A stretch of 64,000 nt of DNA from Amphiscolops sp. MND2022 (taxonomy: Eukaryota), in the NCBI GenBank assembly GCA_964187785.1, contig OZ076409.1, positions 44,766,001 to 44,830,000 on the forward strand, in the 5' to 3' direction. Positions 35,501 through 47,165 of this stretch are shown in pieces. The position numbers and the translations under genes are program-made. Below the pieces are notes generated by a model, which worked only from the letters and a program-made list of their open reading frames with translations, was not told the DNA's origin and ran no database searches. Each line of letters begins with the position of its first letter. The first letter of the stretch is position 1.

Positions 35501-38261
35501 GTCTCCAAAGTGTCTCCCTTCCATGTTTTGATATTTTGCAACAGAATGGATGTTGAAATTTTTTGGAGCCTTGGATATAGCGTCGCCTTGGGTCGTTCCC
35601 GGCTTTGAGAGCTAACTTGTAGAGCCGACTAAAGCTAATTGAACTGTAGGTGTTTGGTTCATTATATAACGTACCATGGTTGAAAAACCTATTTCTTGGG
35701 TATTCCTGGTCGAAACTACCAGGAGGAAAAACTCGTCGAAAAGCAACTCATCGAAAATTCTCTAGCGGAAAACTCGTCGCAAGAACAGAAAATAATCTAA
35801 ACAAATACAGCGTTAACTTTGGGATCGTACTGTGTTATTAAGTTCTCACCTATCATTAAGCATTACACTGTAAATTATAAACGTGAAATATTTCAAGCAA
35901 TTATATAACTAAAAAAAGCTATATTATGCGTAAAACTGAACTTTTCAAGCATCAATTAAGGAAAATAAATCCATAATTAGCACTGGATAATCCCTGTTTG
36001 TAATCTGTAATTAATCGACGAGTTTGCACACTTTTATTCGACACGTTTGCACTGTATTATTCGACGAGTTAATTTTCGAGCAGTTTTCCGCCATTTAATT
36101 TCTACCCATTTCCAAGATAACGTTTTTTCAGTTGTGCTCTATGGATCGTCACTGATAGCAGACTTCTAGCCTTGCAACGCTTGTTAATCTCAAAGACTTT
36201 CATGTTATCAAAGGGTGGTTTTTTTCTCAATTGTCCAAAATGTTCTATAATTTATTCGGATATGTCATCCCTAGTTGAAATTGCTTGAAACTTTTACATG
36301 ATTTCATAGGCTACCAAGCACTTTTAGCATGATTTTGGGAGTTTCATAGACAATCATTAATGCAAAATAATTCTCTGATGCAATGCTATTTCTTCAAGTA
36401 TTTATTAGGATTTCTATACAATTTGGCGGGTTTTCAGAGCAACATCAAGAAAATCAAAGAACAAAGTCCCCGCAAAATTTTGCAGGTTTGCGTGGGCAAA
36501 ACCTCAAGTTTTGTAAGCACAGACGCTACAATATGTTGTAAGCAAATAGTCAACGCGTGGCAGTGTGGCAAACAAATTCGTATTACTGAATTTTTTTTCA
36601 GTGGGAAAAATTTTTTTTTGCATGAAAACTGTCGGAATGAGCTATATTTATCACTTTTCGGGTTTGCAAAAACGAAAACATTTCCAAATAAAAGTTCTAC
36701 ACGGCATTTTTAGGGAACTACTTTGAAACGGAATATCAAAATAAGGCTGTCTTGATTGGTTGAAATTTCAATTCTTTTTTGATACGTTTTCAGCGTCAAA
36801 AAATCTGACGGACTAACGGAAAGGACTTTTACAGCTTTTTGTGAGCATTTCTGTTGAAGTTTTTCGAATGAGATGAAAAATTTGGTGTTTTTCAGGAAAA
36901 AAAACTCAACAAAATTTTTCGAACTGAAAAATTCTAATCCAAAAATTTCAGTCAAATTTTGGCCAATGTGTATTTCATTTATCTTCAACTTTAGTCCTTA
37001 TTCCGGTAACACCATTTTAGTGGTGGAAAAACGCCTAAAATCCCTTCATTTCGGTAAAATAAGGCCTAAACTTTACTGATTCATCAATTTTAAATGTTAT
37101 TCCAGTGTTTAGACGTATCCTCAACTTTTTTAGTCGTTATTCCAGTGTTTGGATCTTTAATCTTTAATTTTAGTCCTTATTCCGGTAACATCATTTTAGT
37201 GGTGGAATAACACCTTAAATTACTTCATTTCGGTAAAATAAGGCCTCAATTTTACTGAATCCATAAATTTTAGTTGTTAATACAGTGCTTGGACGCATTT
37301 TAGTCGTTATTCCCGTGTTTTGACGTTTTTTCATTAATTTTAGTTATTTTTCAGAAAAATCTTTTTTTAAATATTCTCGTTTTTCAGATTTGCTTTGAAT
37401 TTCTTCAGTGTGCTGCAACTGTTCATTCAAGAATGGAATTTTCTCAACCCAAAAGAAGGTGAGCTTTTTTTAAAGAAAAATAAAAGGAATCGTATAACTC
37501 TCATCAATAAATCCTTTGATATCCAATATTGGGCATACTGTTAAGAGTTTCTGTCAGACTAAAATATTCTGGAGAGAATCTGTATTCCTTTTGAAAAGTA
37601 TTGTTTTCAACAATTTCAATAGGAATATTTTTGAATGATAGGATGTTTATCATCTTATTAACCCGGTATATTTACAAAATACAATTTAGTCATCAAAAGA
37701 TTTATTTTTAGGATGTCATTAGTCAATTTGAATGAATGGCAAGCGAAAAGTTTAAAAGCTTAGCGCCGTCATTTTAGTCAACTCAAGTAAACTTGCGTGT
37801 TGTAAACTACGTTAGCCAAAATTTCGCGATTTCAACGAGCAAATCCAATTCAACGTGTGATGTCTACAAATAAATATTTAGTTCTAGCATTTTTTCACCC
37901 TTTCTAGAAATACGACCTATCAAGAGCTCATTTGTCAATCACAAGCAAACCTTTTAATATGGCTTCAATTTCTATAAATTTAAATTCTCACCTTGTATAC
38001 AAATTGGCCATTCGGTTGAACTTGAGCCAACAAGTAATCTTGTGCCAAGATGATCCTTTCTTTCAGAGTCCCTGTGCCGAAATGCACTCGCATACTTCTA
38101 TGTTTCTCCTTTGGAATTTCTTCATTTTCCACGTTAATTCCCACGTCATTTGTCTCTTCATCTGGAGCTTTGATTAATTTGTAAACGAAACAAATACAGA
38201 GAAATAAGAAAAATAAACGAAAAAGTTTTGAGTTCGATCTGATCAAACGATGCAAATTCAT
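18296..38261 (-). CDS. Five-exon gene, 433 aa: signal-anchored protein with a bacterial-like (alpha/alpha)-barrel domain; exons 38261-37992, 29991-29670, 29056-28725, 24160-24052, 18564-18296
   Basis: All introns GT-AG with consistent phases (0,1,0,1); 1302 nt open frame; motifs in order GQFVY, YNLLRHAGTIYSL, AKLGGAGLGLVAL, SLYYPGEASLGL, PDHWALI, PACTRLEGL, GGFR, IRIDYVQH. Confidence 0.88.
18694..23307 (+). mobile_element. Degenerate Ty3/Gypsy LTR retrotransposon in intron 4
   Basis: LTRs start TGTGAGATGCAG at 18694 and 23083 (after PPT GGTGGGGAAA); ATAGG 5-bp TSD; RT (IDLDYAYGQMK), RNase H (DASKTGLGIALWQ), integrase (LHFGHPGINKM) remnants. Confidence 0.92.
18776..19348 (+). repeat. Direct duplicate of about 23184-23757 (3' LTR half plus downstream flank)
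   Basis: Near-identical sequence; ORFs 18822-19199 and 23230-23577 translate almost identically. Confidence 0.95.
24052..24160 (-). CDS. Exon 4 of the barrel-domain gene (absent from the ORF track)
   Basis: ttttcttttgtag|GTG...GAA G|GTTATT; encodes VATHLIMEQIHSTNKPKIQWSFDSRGGLAPACTRLE. Confidence 0.85.
25473..25973. mobile_element. hAT-like MITE
   Basis: CAGGGATGTTCAA / TTGAACACCCCTG inverted ends (12 of 13); clustered GATTAATC motifs near both ends; TSD not recognisable. Confidence 0.65.
28725..29056 (-). CDS. Exon 3 of the barrel-domain gene
   Basis: gttttag|AG acceptor, AAA|GTAATA donor; YYPGEA and DHW motifs. Confidence 0.88.
29511..29539. repeat. (CT)n microsatellite
   Basis: About 14 CT units in intron 2 of the barrel-domain gene. 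Confidence 0.97.
29670..29991 (-). CDS. Exon 2 of the barrel-domain gene
   Basis: ttcttag|GTG acceptor, G|GTTTGT donor; YNLLRHAG and KLGGAGL motifs. Confidence 0.88.
30750..34046 (-). mobile_element. HINE/Helentron copy interrupted by a solo LTR
   Basis: AACAAGACGGGAACGTCTAAAGTCAGCGC at 30750 and decayed palindrome ending GTCGACTAAAAA at 34046; family-typical GGGACCCTTT blocks at 33700-33900. Confidence 0.7.
31202..33324 (-). mobile_element. Large solo LTR (2123 bp) with 5-bp TSD, internal repeat array and 3' ORF
   Basis: TGTC...GACA ends flanked by CCCAA on both sides; MSQDQGTVLRNGK... frame (about 31509-31202) runs to the LTR end. Confidence 0.82.
35190..35606 (+). mobile_element. HINE-related fragment with a ~16-bp tandem repeat (CCGGATATAACGCAAA-like, 35235-35335)
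   Basis: Family blocks AAGGGTCCCCCTTT and decayed 3' end GAGCCTTGGATATAGCGTCG... Confidence 0.65.
36990..37330. repeat. Degenerate tandem repeat, two units of ~179 bp
   Basis: TTTAGTCCTTATTCCGGTAACA.CATTTTAGTGGTGGAA at 36990 and 37169. Confidence 0.85.
37992..38261 (-). CDS. Exon 1 of the barrel-domain gene (signal anchor and stem)
   Basis: ATG at 38261; basic N-terminus then LFRLFFLFLCICFVY; ends GQFVYK AAG|GTGAGA; start codon choice is inferred. Confidence 0.8.
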
Positions 38262-38718
38262 CTTCAGTTTATTGTACGTGTAGACGATGAATTGGTTCGG
38301 CAACGTAAAACAATGCGTACATACAACAAAGCTGTGAATAAAACATGAACTGTCACAAAATTTGATCACTTTTGACATTCGGAAAAAAAGTATTACGTAA
38401 CAACGCCACACGAAAACACGTGAAACACGTTTTTATTCGTACTTCAACAAACATTCATGTTATAAAAGCTGCCATGCAGCTCAAACTATTCGTAACTTTT
38501 GTTTTTGACTTCTAGAGTCGAATTCATAATCACACACCAGTCGGGTTTGTGAGTTAACACGGAATTATTACATTGACATTTTGAATTCTAATGCTACAAT
38601 TTCGTATTTGACTCACAACATGCCGGTTCTTTTTTGTTCTCGAGAATCCTTCTTATTTTTGGAAAAAAAGATCGAATGTGGATTCAATTCGAACTATAAC
38701 ACTTCATTTTCATCTCTA

Positions 38719-39304
38719 TTTTTAGTCGGCGCTTTTCTAGTGAAAAGAGACCGGCTATTAGAGTGGCTAGTTTTTTTCTTTTTTTTTCGTCAGACCACAG
38801 ACCTCATCGTGTATCTACCACTTTTTAGTACAGACTTTACTCGGTTTACGGTGAACCCAGCGGTCACGGGTTCGAGTCCTTGCTTTAACGAGAAACTTTT
38901 TCGAGCATTTGCGAAAGCGGACGAGACTGAAGGGTCCCCTCTTTCAATTTTTTGGGCACTGTGCGACTTTTTTTCGATTTTTTTAACCTTGTTAGGGTCC
39001 CGCCTTCAATTCTTTTTGATACTTTGCAGCAAACTAAAGTGCCAAAAAGCCCAAAGGGTCTTCCCTTTTAAGTATTTCGGCACTATGCGACTGTTCAAAA
39101 TTCTCATTTTTGTTTTTTTCGAAAATTTCAAAAAAATATTCGAAATTTTTCTGTCTCCAAAGTGTCCCCCCTTCAATTTTTTGATATTTTGCAACAAACT
39201 GGATTTTCAAAAAAGCCCGAAGGGTACCCCCTTTTACAGTTTTAGAAACTTTGCGCTTTTTGAGCTTTAGATATAGCACAGACTTTAGACGTTCCCGTCT
39301 TGTT
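38719..39304 (+). mobile_element. Complete HINE/Helentron copy upstream of the barrel-domain gene
   Basis: TTTTTAGTCGGCGCTTTTCTAGTGAAAAGAGACCGGCTA 5' end; GACTTTAGACGTTCCCGTCTTGTT 3' end. Confidence 0.82.
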
Positions 39305-39699
39305 TGATACATGAGAGTCCATTTCGGAACCTTAGTCGCATTTTTTGCTAATGAAGTAATAAAAAGCTCCAGAAAATTGTCGATTAAACATTTGTTTAAG
39401 TGTTGATTTTCGCTCACTTGGAGTGAACTTCCGGTAGCAGGAAAAAGTTTCATATCGAATGAAGGTAGATCAAAAATATTTGAGAAAATCTTTGCATTCA
39501 TTTTCGAAGGTGGAGTTAGGAAACAGAACAGATCCCATTTGTCTTTCAGATATCTCAAAGAATGATCAAAAGGTGGTCGAAATGACTTTTTTAATGTTTA
39601 GGATTTTAGCAGGGAAATCATAACCCTAATTGATCTGGCATTTTTGGAAAAGTTTGAAAAATTTGATTAAAAATTGTCCATGCTTAATACACCTTGCAT

Positions 39700-42600
39700 T
39701 ACACTTCAAAAATGCCCGGCGAAAGCGATGGAGTACAATAACTGCCACAAAATAGGGCATTTTGCAACAGTATGCCACAGTAAAACCGAGAACGCAAAAA
39801 GAAAAAGGATAAACTACCTACAATGAGGAAGAAAACGAACCTGAAGAAAACCAACAAATAACACATATCCACAAAATACTACCGGACAAGATTGAATAAC
39901 GGGAATAAACTGAAAGTTAACAAAAATACCATAAGTTTACCTTTGACGCTGGCTCTCCAGTCACCATTACGCTCAACAACCCGACATTATTAAACACTGA
40001 AAGATATCCAACTGTTGAAAGAAAGATATCAAGAGGTAAGAAAAAACCAATCAAGTTCTTGGGAAAAGTATGGGTAAACATGGAATATAAGGACGAAATC
40101 ATAAAACTACCAATACTAAGAACACAAAGAAACGAGATCAAGCCACAACTAAGTGAGAACTGGCTGCTGAAACAACTACCGATCACCAACAACATCCTAC
40201 TGGACGAAAATGGCAACTAATCAAAAACAATCTACTCAAAGTTCAGCAAATTTTTTGAAACAAATCACACAAACAAGAACACTGAAGTAACAATCCAAAT
40301 GGGACCGGGATGCTACCCAATTCAACAGAAACTCAGACCACTACTATGTCATCTCCAACAAGATGTGAAAAATTTCCGGACCGATGAATAAAATCCGGAC
40401 ACCTAGAAAGACTGCTAACGATCAAAGCAGACTGTATCAACTGTAGAAATTACGGTAAAGACAGACAAAACAGTGAAAATTGCACTGGATGGATGGAAAT
40501 TTGACAAAAGCTGTGTGAAAAAGTCCACACATGCCAAGCATGGAAGAATAACTGAACCACATCTCCGCTGAATTATCAAGAAAACACCATGGTCCAATTT
40601 GGGTATCCGTGACAAAACTCGAATGCGCATACCGAAAAAAAAGAAAATGAAACTAGCACCATAAACCAGCAAACACCCCAACTTCGCGGTGACATACAAC
40701 GATATAAATGGATACTACCGATTCCTAAAACAAATTACGGCCCCGCAGACCTACCGACAGTTTTCCAAGGAAAAATGAGAAGAGGAACATACCCGAAAAC
40801 TGTATTCGGTACTCACCAAACTGGAAATTGAAGGATACAGAGCAAGTAAAACAAATCAAAATTCTACAAAAAAAAACAAAATGTCTCGCTCGCACAATTT
40901 CACAAGAGCACAAGAGGGACTTAGAACCAACAAAAAAACCTATTCCATAAACAATCTCGAATTTCCGACCAACACCAAAATTCTAAAAACCTTCTTCGGT
41001 GCTATTCAATACTTTGCAGAGTTCATAGCAAATCTGTCCGAAAAAAAACAACAACATGAGACGGCTAGTTAAAAACGGAGCAAAACGGGACGTGACAGGA
41101 AACCGCAATACCGATTTTAACAAAATAAAACAGGAATTAACAACACTACCCTGTCTCGCTCACTAGAACGGCAACAGAGAAAACATTGTAACTACAGACG
41201 CATGAAAAGCAGGCCTCGGTGTAGCTCAATGGCAAAAACAAGACAAAATGGAGAACTGAAACCCATCGCATTTTGTAGGTGTTTTCTGAATGACCAAGAA
41301 AAATACACAATTGGCGAACTAGAGCTATTGGCCGTGGTATGGGGGCTTGAACGATTCCAATTCCACATATACGGTAAACAGGTTCATTTATTTTTGGACC
41401 ATTTATTTTCGGACCAGGCACTCGGACAATTCTCAAAAAGAAACAAAACTAATAAACAACACAGCGCGCGCGACTAACCCGATAGCAAGATAGACTATAT
41501 TCACTGACTTATTTAGCCGCTATTCTGCCAAAAACAAGGAACGGTAAAAAAGTGACTGCGAAGACTTCGTGATCAACGCCATCGCGCAACCAGCAACGGT
41601 AGAGATCTGCATTATACGGGATTTCGACCAATCAGGCAGCGCGAAAGTTGATAACGAACGTGCTTGATACATACGCGCTAATTGTTATGCGAGGCTACCA
41701 AACAAGCAAAAGCCATATTAATTCAAAATACTTTACACTACAGCCGCATAACGATAGAATTATTGCAAAGGAAACAAAGGAAACAACCAAAACGAGCGAT
41801 TCTTCCGAATCCATGGACAATTACATTACTATTGGGGAACGGACAATGAAATTATAGTTATAAACATCAAAAGAGAGAAATCACCCGAGACAACGGAACT
41901 GGTGAGATGAATCGAACTGGCGAGACCAGGAGCGATGAGGTCAATGAGGAATATAAACCTGGGAAGAGAAAAATGCCTACAAAGAATACAAAAAAGAAGA
42001 AAGAAAGGAGTTCAAAGGAATCGATATACAACTTGACAAAAATGAGAAGCACACATCGGCGAGGGCGACTTCAGAAATTCCGAAGACGAAAAACAATTGA
42101 GGCCCCTAGAACAAGATCTAACCAACAGAGATACAGAATCCATAGTCTCAACAAACTCCGAAGAAGCAGTACCAACACACGAACCAATAGCATATACCGC
42201 CATACCAATACAAAACCATTGAGGCTGCCCAATTGAAGAATTACCGGTCCATTACGTCCACATGAACCGTGTGGTGGAAAGAAAGCCACCAGAAACAGAT
42301 AACAGGAAGACAATGTCAAGTAGTCAAGTATGCCGAACTAGATTTCATGCAAGATCTGGAAACACTGATTAAAAAACGGCCGCAGACACCGATCTCAATG
42401 AACCTAACTGCTGCCTCGGAGAAAACAAAACCAGCAAATACCCAACGACTAAATGACAGTAGCGAAGAAGCTCAGCCACAGATGGGACATCGTAGTAGTA
42501 TATGACCGGATCATAAGGCCAAAAACACTAAGTTACGCAACTCCGCACGCCCTACTCTTTGGACATCCCAGGATATAAAAAATGTACAACGCCGCAGCAA

Positions 42601-44215
42601 TATTCTGGCAGATATCAAGAAAAATTCAAAAACATGCTCAGCGTGCCTCAGCGCCGGTAAGAACCTAAAATGTCAAAAATACCAAACCGAGAAGCCAAAT
42701 CGAACCGCCCAAAACTCTGGGTGAAAAATTCAAATCAATATCACGGAAAATCTACATGATAAAAATCTACTATCAAGTCCATACCTATTGATTACAATTG
42801 ACAGAAACCTGTGAAAACACCAACCATGAAACACGTTATTATATTTCTAAACGAATATGTCAATGTATACGGTGTACCGAAAACTACACAGTCGGATAAA
42901 GGAGGCGCCTTTATATCCAATGAACACTAAGATTTTCGCCAGTCACAAAATTTGAACTGCAAATACGATATCGCAAACTTACACACCGGCACCGGATTGG
43001 TAGAGAGAGCGAGGGAGTCCTTGAAGATATCAATACTACCAAAACTAGACGAGGGAATTAACTTCCTCGAAAGTGTAAACAGGGGGCACAACCTAAAACT
43101 CACAAAAAACCCCGAAACCAAGAAAACAGCGTTCGAATCCCACTTCTCACGCGAACCTAGAACAAATCAACCGAGCTTTGGTTTTAGAAATAACAGACCA
43201 CCTGATCATGTCGAAGAAAAAACGATTGAGCTGAAATTCAAAAAGGGCACAACCTTCTCACAAACCAAAAAACCCACTTAATCGGTAAGTGTGAACAAAT
43301 TTGCATACTCTTTCAAACTTGACGTAAAGACTTTCAAAAAGCCTGTCAGATAGTAAATTTAACAACAAAACTCAAGCCGTCATGTCGGGCATGGAACACA
43401 CGATATCTACAAATAAAAATAAAACAGTACTAAGAAAACTAATCTCCAATCCGCCACCCTTTCAGCAAACAATCATTGCCCCAACGAAACGAATAAATAC
43501 CCGACAAACATTAGTCGAACAACCAACGTGATCGAAAACACTGGACACAAGGAGAAGCAGTAAAACACCCTAAATATACAGCAGAAAAGATACACTAAAA
43601 CCAATCAACCACGAGAGATGTCAAGACTGGCTGAAATAGAAAGTTAAACCGCGAAATTATAATGACCAATCCACGTCGCCAAACAAAAGTGCGTAGAAAG
43701 AAATCGACCTTAATCTCAGTATTGTTTCCGATAAAAAATTCGACTGCTACAACACTTCCGATTGTGTACCGGTACACACCAGCCTAAACCATGAACTCCA
43801 ACATCTCTCCAGAGAAGACAAGCGAACACCCAAACAAGGTATCTCTAACGGAACAAATAAAAAAATAAAACCGTTACAACCTGTTAGAAAATCCAAAAGA
43901 CTGCCTTTTGCAAAACAAACGGGCAAACTGGGCGGTCTAAGGTACCATAGTAATTAAAAAAAGACATTATATAAAAATGGTAATATACTACAGGAAAGAC
44001 ACGGAACCAAATGGAGAACAGTAAAGAAGAAACCTACTGTAAAATACGACATGAACACAAACAAATCCGTGTGATACGGCCCCACATGATAATTCAACAA
44101 GCTCTACCCGGACCACTCCGAAAGGTGGATGTGGTATACATGACCTTCAACCGAACTAGATAATTTACGGCTATCGACGTCATTTTGTGTTAATTAGATA
44201 CTGCTGTTATTGATA
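39700..44215 (+). mobile_element. Degenerate Ty3/Gypsy element, same lineage as 18694-23307
   Basis: Zinc-knuckle remnant near 39710-39780, protease DAGSP-like motif near 39945, RNase H (YTIGELELLAVVWGLERF) and integrase remnants; PPT GAAAGGTGGA then TGTGG at 44131. Confidence 0.88.
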
Positions 44216-46369
44216 ACGTAAAAGCATTGTGAAAAGTTGGATACGAAAAAAAATCTCTTTCGAAACTTTTTCATTTAAAAGTTAGAAAGACACTTTGGTG
44301 ATAGAAGAGATAAACTTTTCCAATAAAAAACATGCAGTGTCAAAGCAAATCACAAAATAGGTCCGTTTTTTGCTCGAGACTTTTTTAAGCTAAAAACTCA
44401 AACACCTTCAAAAATGTGGCTTGATACTCAAGTGAGTATATTTATAAATGGAAAGGAAAACCATTTGAATGATTTTGGCATTTTGTTATTTTGTAGTAAT
44501 TTTAGAACTTTTATAGTCACTTCGACCAGATTGAAGAATTTTTGAAATTTAAAAAAAACACGACAAAAAATCACTTTATTAGTTTCATTTCATAAAGTGC
44601 CGTCTAAAAAAAGAACAAAAAAGTCGGAGGTCCACAAAAAACTATGATTGTCAAAAAAACGTCGCTTCGTCACAAGGAAGATTCCGAAGCGTTTCCTGAA
44701 AAAAAAGTTGACGAAAAGAGATGTGAATATAAAATCTAGTTAGCATGTTTTGTGTAACTATGTTGACACTATGTTGTAACAAGAGGCGCAGTGACACTGG
44801 GATGATTTCGAATGGCCTTCAGACAAAACGACGCTTAAAAAACGTATCTTTTTGGAAACGAAAAGGCAACGGAATAGGTTCAACAAAAATGCCTCTTATG
44901 ATCTTAAATCAGCTCAAACATTATTGTAGATAGGGTCCAAAAGGCTGTTGAATAATGATATTCTTCCATCTATTCCCTACTTTACTTAGTTAGGGATAGT
45001 TATTCATTTTGATAAACCGCACATTTGTCATTATGTACGTCATTATATACAAATTTTGATAGTTAAAATTGGAAAAAATAAAAACTCAAAAAGAATCATA
45101 TCAAAACCTAATTCACGTTTGCCATGACAAAATAAATTGGGAAAACCTCATCAACAAAGCGCTTTCTTCATTGAGATAAATTTTACCCGAGGAAGGTTTT
45201 GTCACAGATCATTTTTAAAATTTACTAAAGATGGACGACGGTTTGTTGTAGACTTCCACGCTGAAGGAGCTGAAAAGGCTGTTCTTAGATCTACTAAAAA
45301 TCGAATTCGTTTTTCTTTTCGGAAATTTTTTCTTCAAAATGTCTAAAACACCTAAAGGTGTGAAAAAATGTCCCAACAGATAGGTCTCCGATAGAAAAGA
45401 CTTTCAACCAAAAACATTACAAGACGCGAACTTGTAATTTTTTCCGAAAATTTTTCTTTGAAAAGAAACTTGCTCGAGGCCAACTAAAATTACCAAAGGT
45501 AGGTTCAAAAACGCGTTTTCTGAAATTGAAAAATCAAAAAAAAACCGAAGCAGCGAACTAGAACGAATTTCGGGCAGATGAATTCTCGGGTGAGTCGCAT
45601 TATGCCGAAGAACCCTAAAGGGGCCCTCTATGCCTGTAGGGTTTTAAAAATTTGAGAAGAAGAACGGATTTATGCTGGAAACCCAAATGGCCACTATGGT
45701 CCCTCCTCTACATTTGTAAGAACAAATAATTTTTAGCAGTAGTCTTGTGCTAAAACTAAGACTTTTCATTTCCAAAGAAAACAAAAACTGAAAAATAAGC
45801 AAGCTATGTTTAGACTGCATAGATTTTGGTTTGTTAAAAAAACGAAGGAATATTGAGTGATCAGTTCAAGATATAGCTGATTGCCTTACAAAATGTTCAA
45901 CCCACCGCTTTTTTTCACCAAGGAATTTTGCCTGGAAAGTCTTCCAATCCGCTAAAACGTCCCCCTTTCGAAATTTATTGGCACTCATATTCTCTGAATT
46001 TTGACTTTTGTTTGATGATTTTATAAAAACCTGAAAATTAATGTTAATGACAAAAATTAAATCTGTATATTTGCAAATACCAATTCGTTGCCGAAGTCTA
46101 CATTTGCTGAAAAAGAAAAACTCTAGCTAAAAGTGGAACCCAAAAAAACTCAACAATGTCTGTGATTTGATGTATATGGTTAGATACAAACCCCAGAAAA
46201 CTCTACTAAACTCTACTCCTGCGCAAAATGATGAGAAGCATCGAAATCTTTTCTAAAGAAGTTCATCATGAAGTTTGAACTACACCATGGTACCAAAACG
46301 CTAGAGACACTGGATTTGATTTTCGAAGGCGGAATATCTTTCATCTTTACAAAAAAATCTCAGTAGCAA

Positions 46370-47103
46370 AAGTTTCTGAAACTTCGATGAGAATTACAAC
46401 GGTAGTTTTAGTTTTAAAGTCAAATCAAGTTTTTTAGTTCCGTAAAATCACATGGTATTTTGAGTTATTTTGGAATTTTCCGTTTTCATTATGCAATATC
46501 TAGGCAGAAAAAACTCTCTCGATCAATCTTGTAGCCTTTACACCATTCTTTAACTCTTATAACGAACACTTTTTCTGAAAATGCTTTCTGAAAATGAAAA
46601 CCCGGAAACAGTTGTAATTCCGCCGGAAATCATATTTCCACGAAGTAAAATGAACAAATTGCAATTTGTTATCAGTATGCAGGGTAAAAATTTAAGGAGG
46701 TCGTTTTCAGAAAAAATTTATAGTCAAAAGTTAGAGATGTAATCCGAGGTGCCAAGTTTCACTGCGACACTTTTTTTACGAACAGTCGTTTTCGAGATAT
46801 AGCATGATGAATTTCGGAAAACGCAAAAAACTCGAGTAGGCCAAGTGTTTCAATTTTTGCAAGTTTCGTTTTCTTTTAAAACAATGAAGCAAGTATCCCT
46901 AAATTTTGATCAGAATTTGAGATTTTTGTGTCAAATGCGGATGTAAAAACTTATTCGGATTTGAAACTTTTTGGATTGTGAAATCGACTGCGTTTAGCTC
47001 TTAATTACTCTAATGAGTGGTCTTTGCCTGATAATGTTTTCAAATCGGATGAAAACTTTCGTGATGACGATACACTAAAGGAAAGATAGGCGTTCAATAC
47101 CTA
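46370..47103 (-). mobile_element. Diverged copy of the hAT-like element found in the PLAC8 intron
   Basis: Reverse complement shares blocks with 6100-6900 (e.g. CGGAATTACAACTGTTT...AAAGCATTTTCAGAAAAAGTG) and ends TTCAATACCTA, resembling the TIR. Confidence 0.65.
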
Positions 47104-47165
47104 CAATTTATGAACGACTTGAGGTAAAAAATTATCAACGTTTGGTCTCAAACAGCTTTGTAAGT

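Noticed and set aside
29992..37991. Introner signatures at the introns of the barrel gene
   Set aside because: No terminal inverted repeats seen at the boundaries I inspected; ordinary GT-AG introns enlarged by internal insertions
38581..39558. Long ORFs of 229 aa (+) and 174 aa (-)
   Set aside because: They overlap the low-complexity HINE repeat; Phe- or Lys-rich translations with no domain
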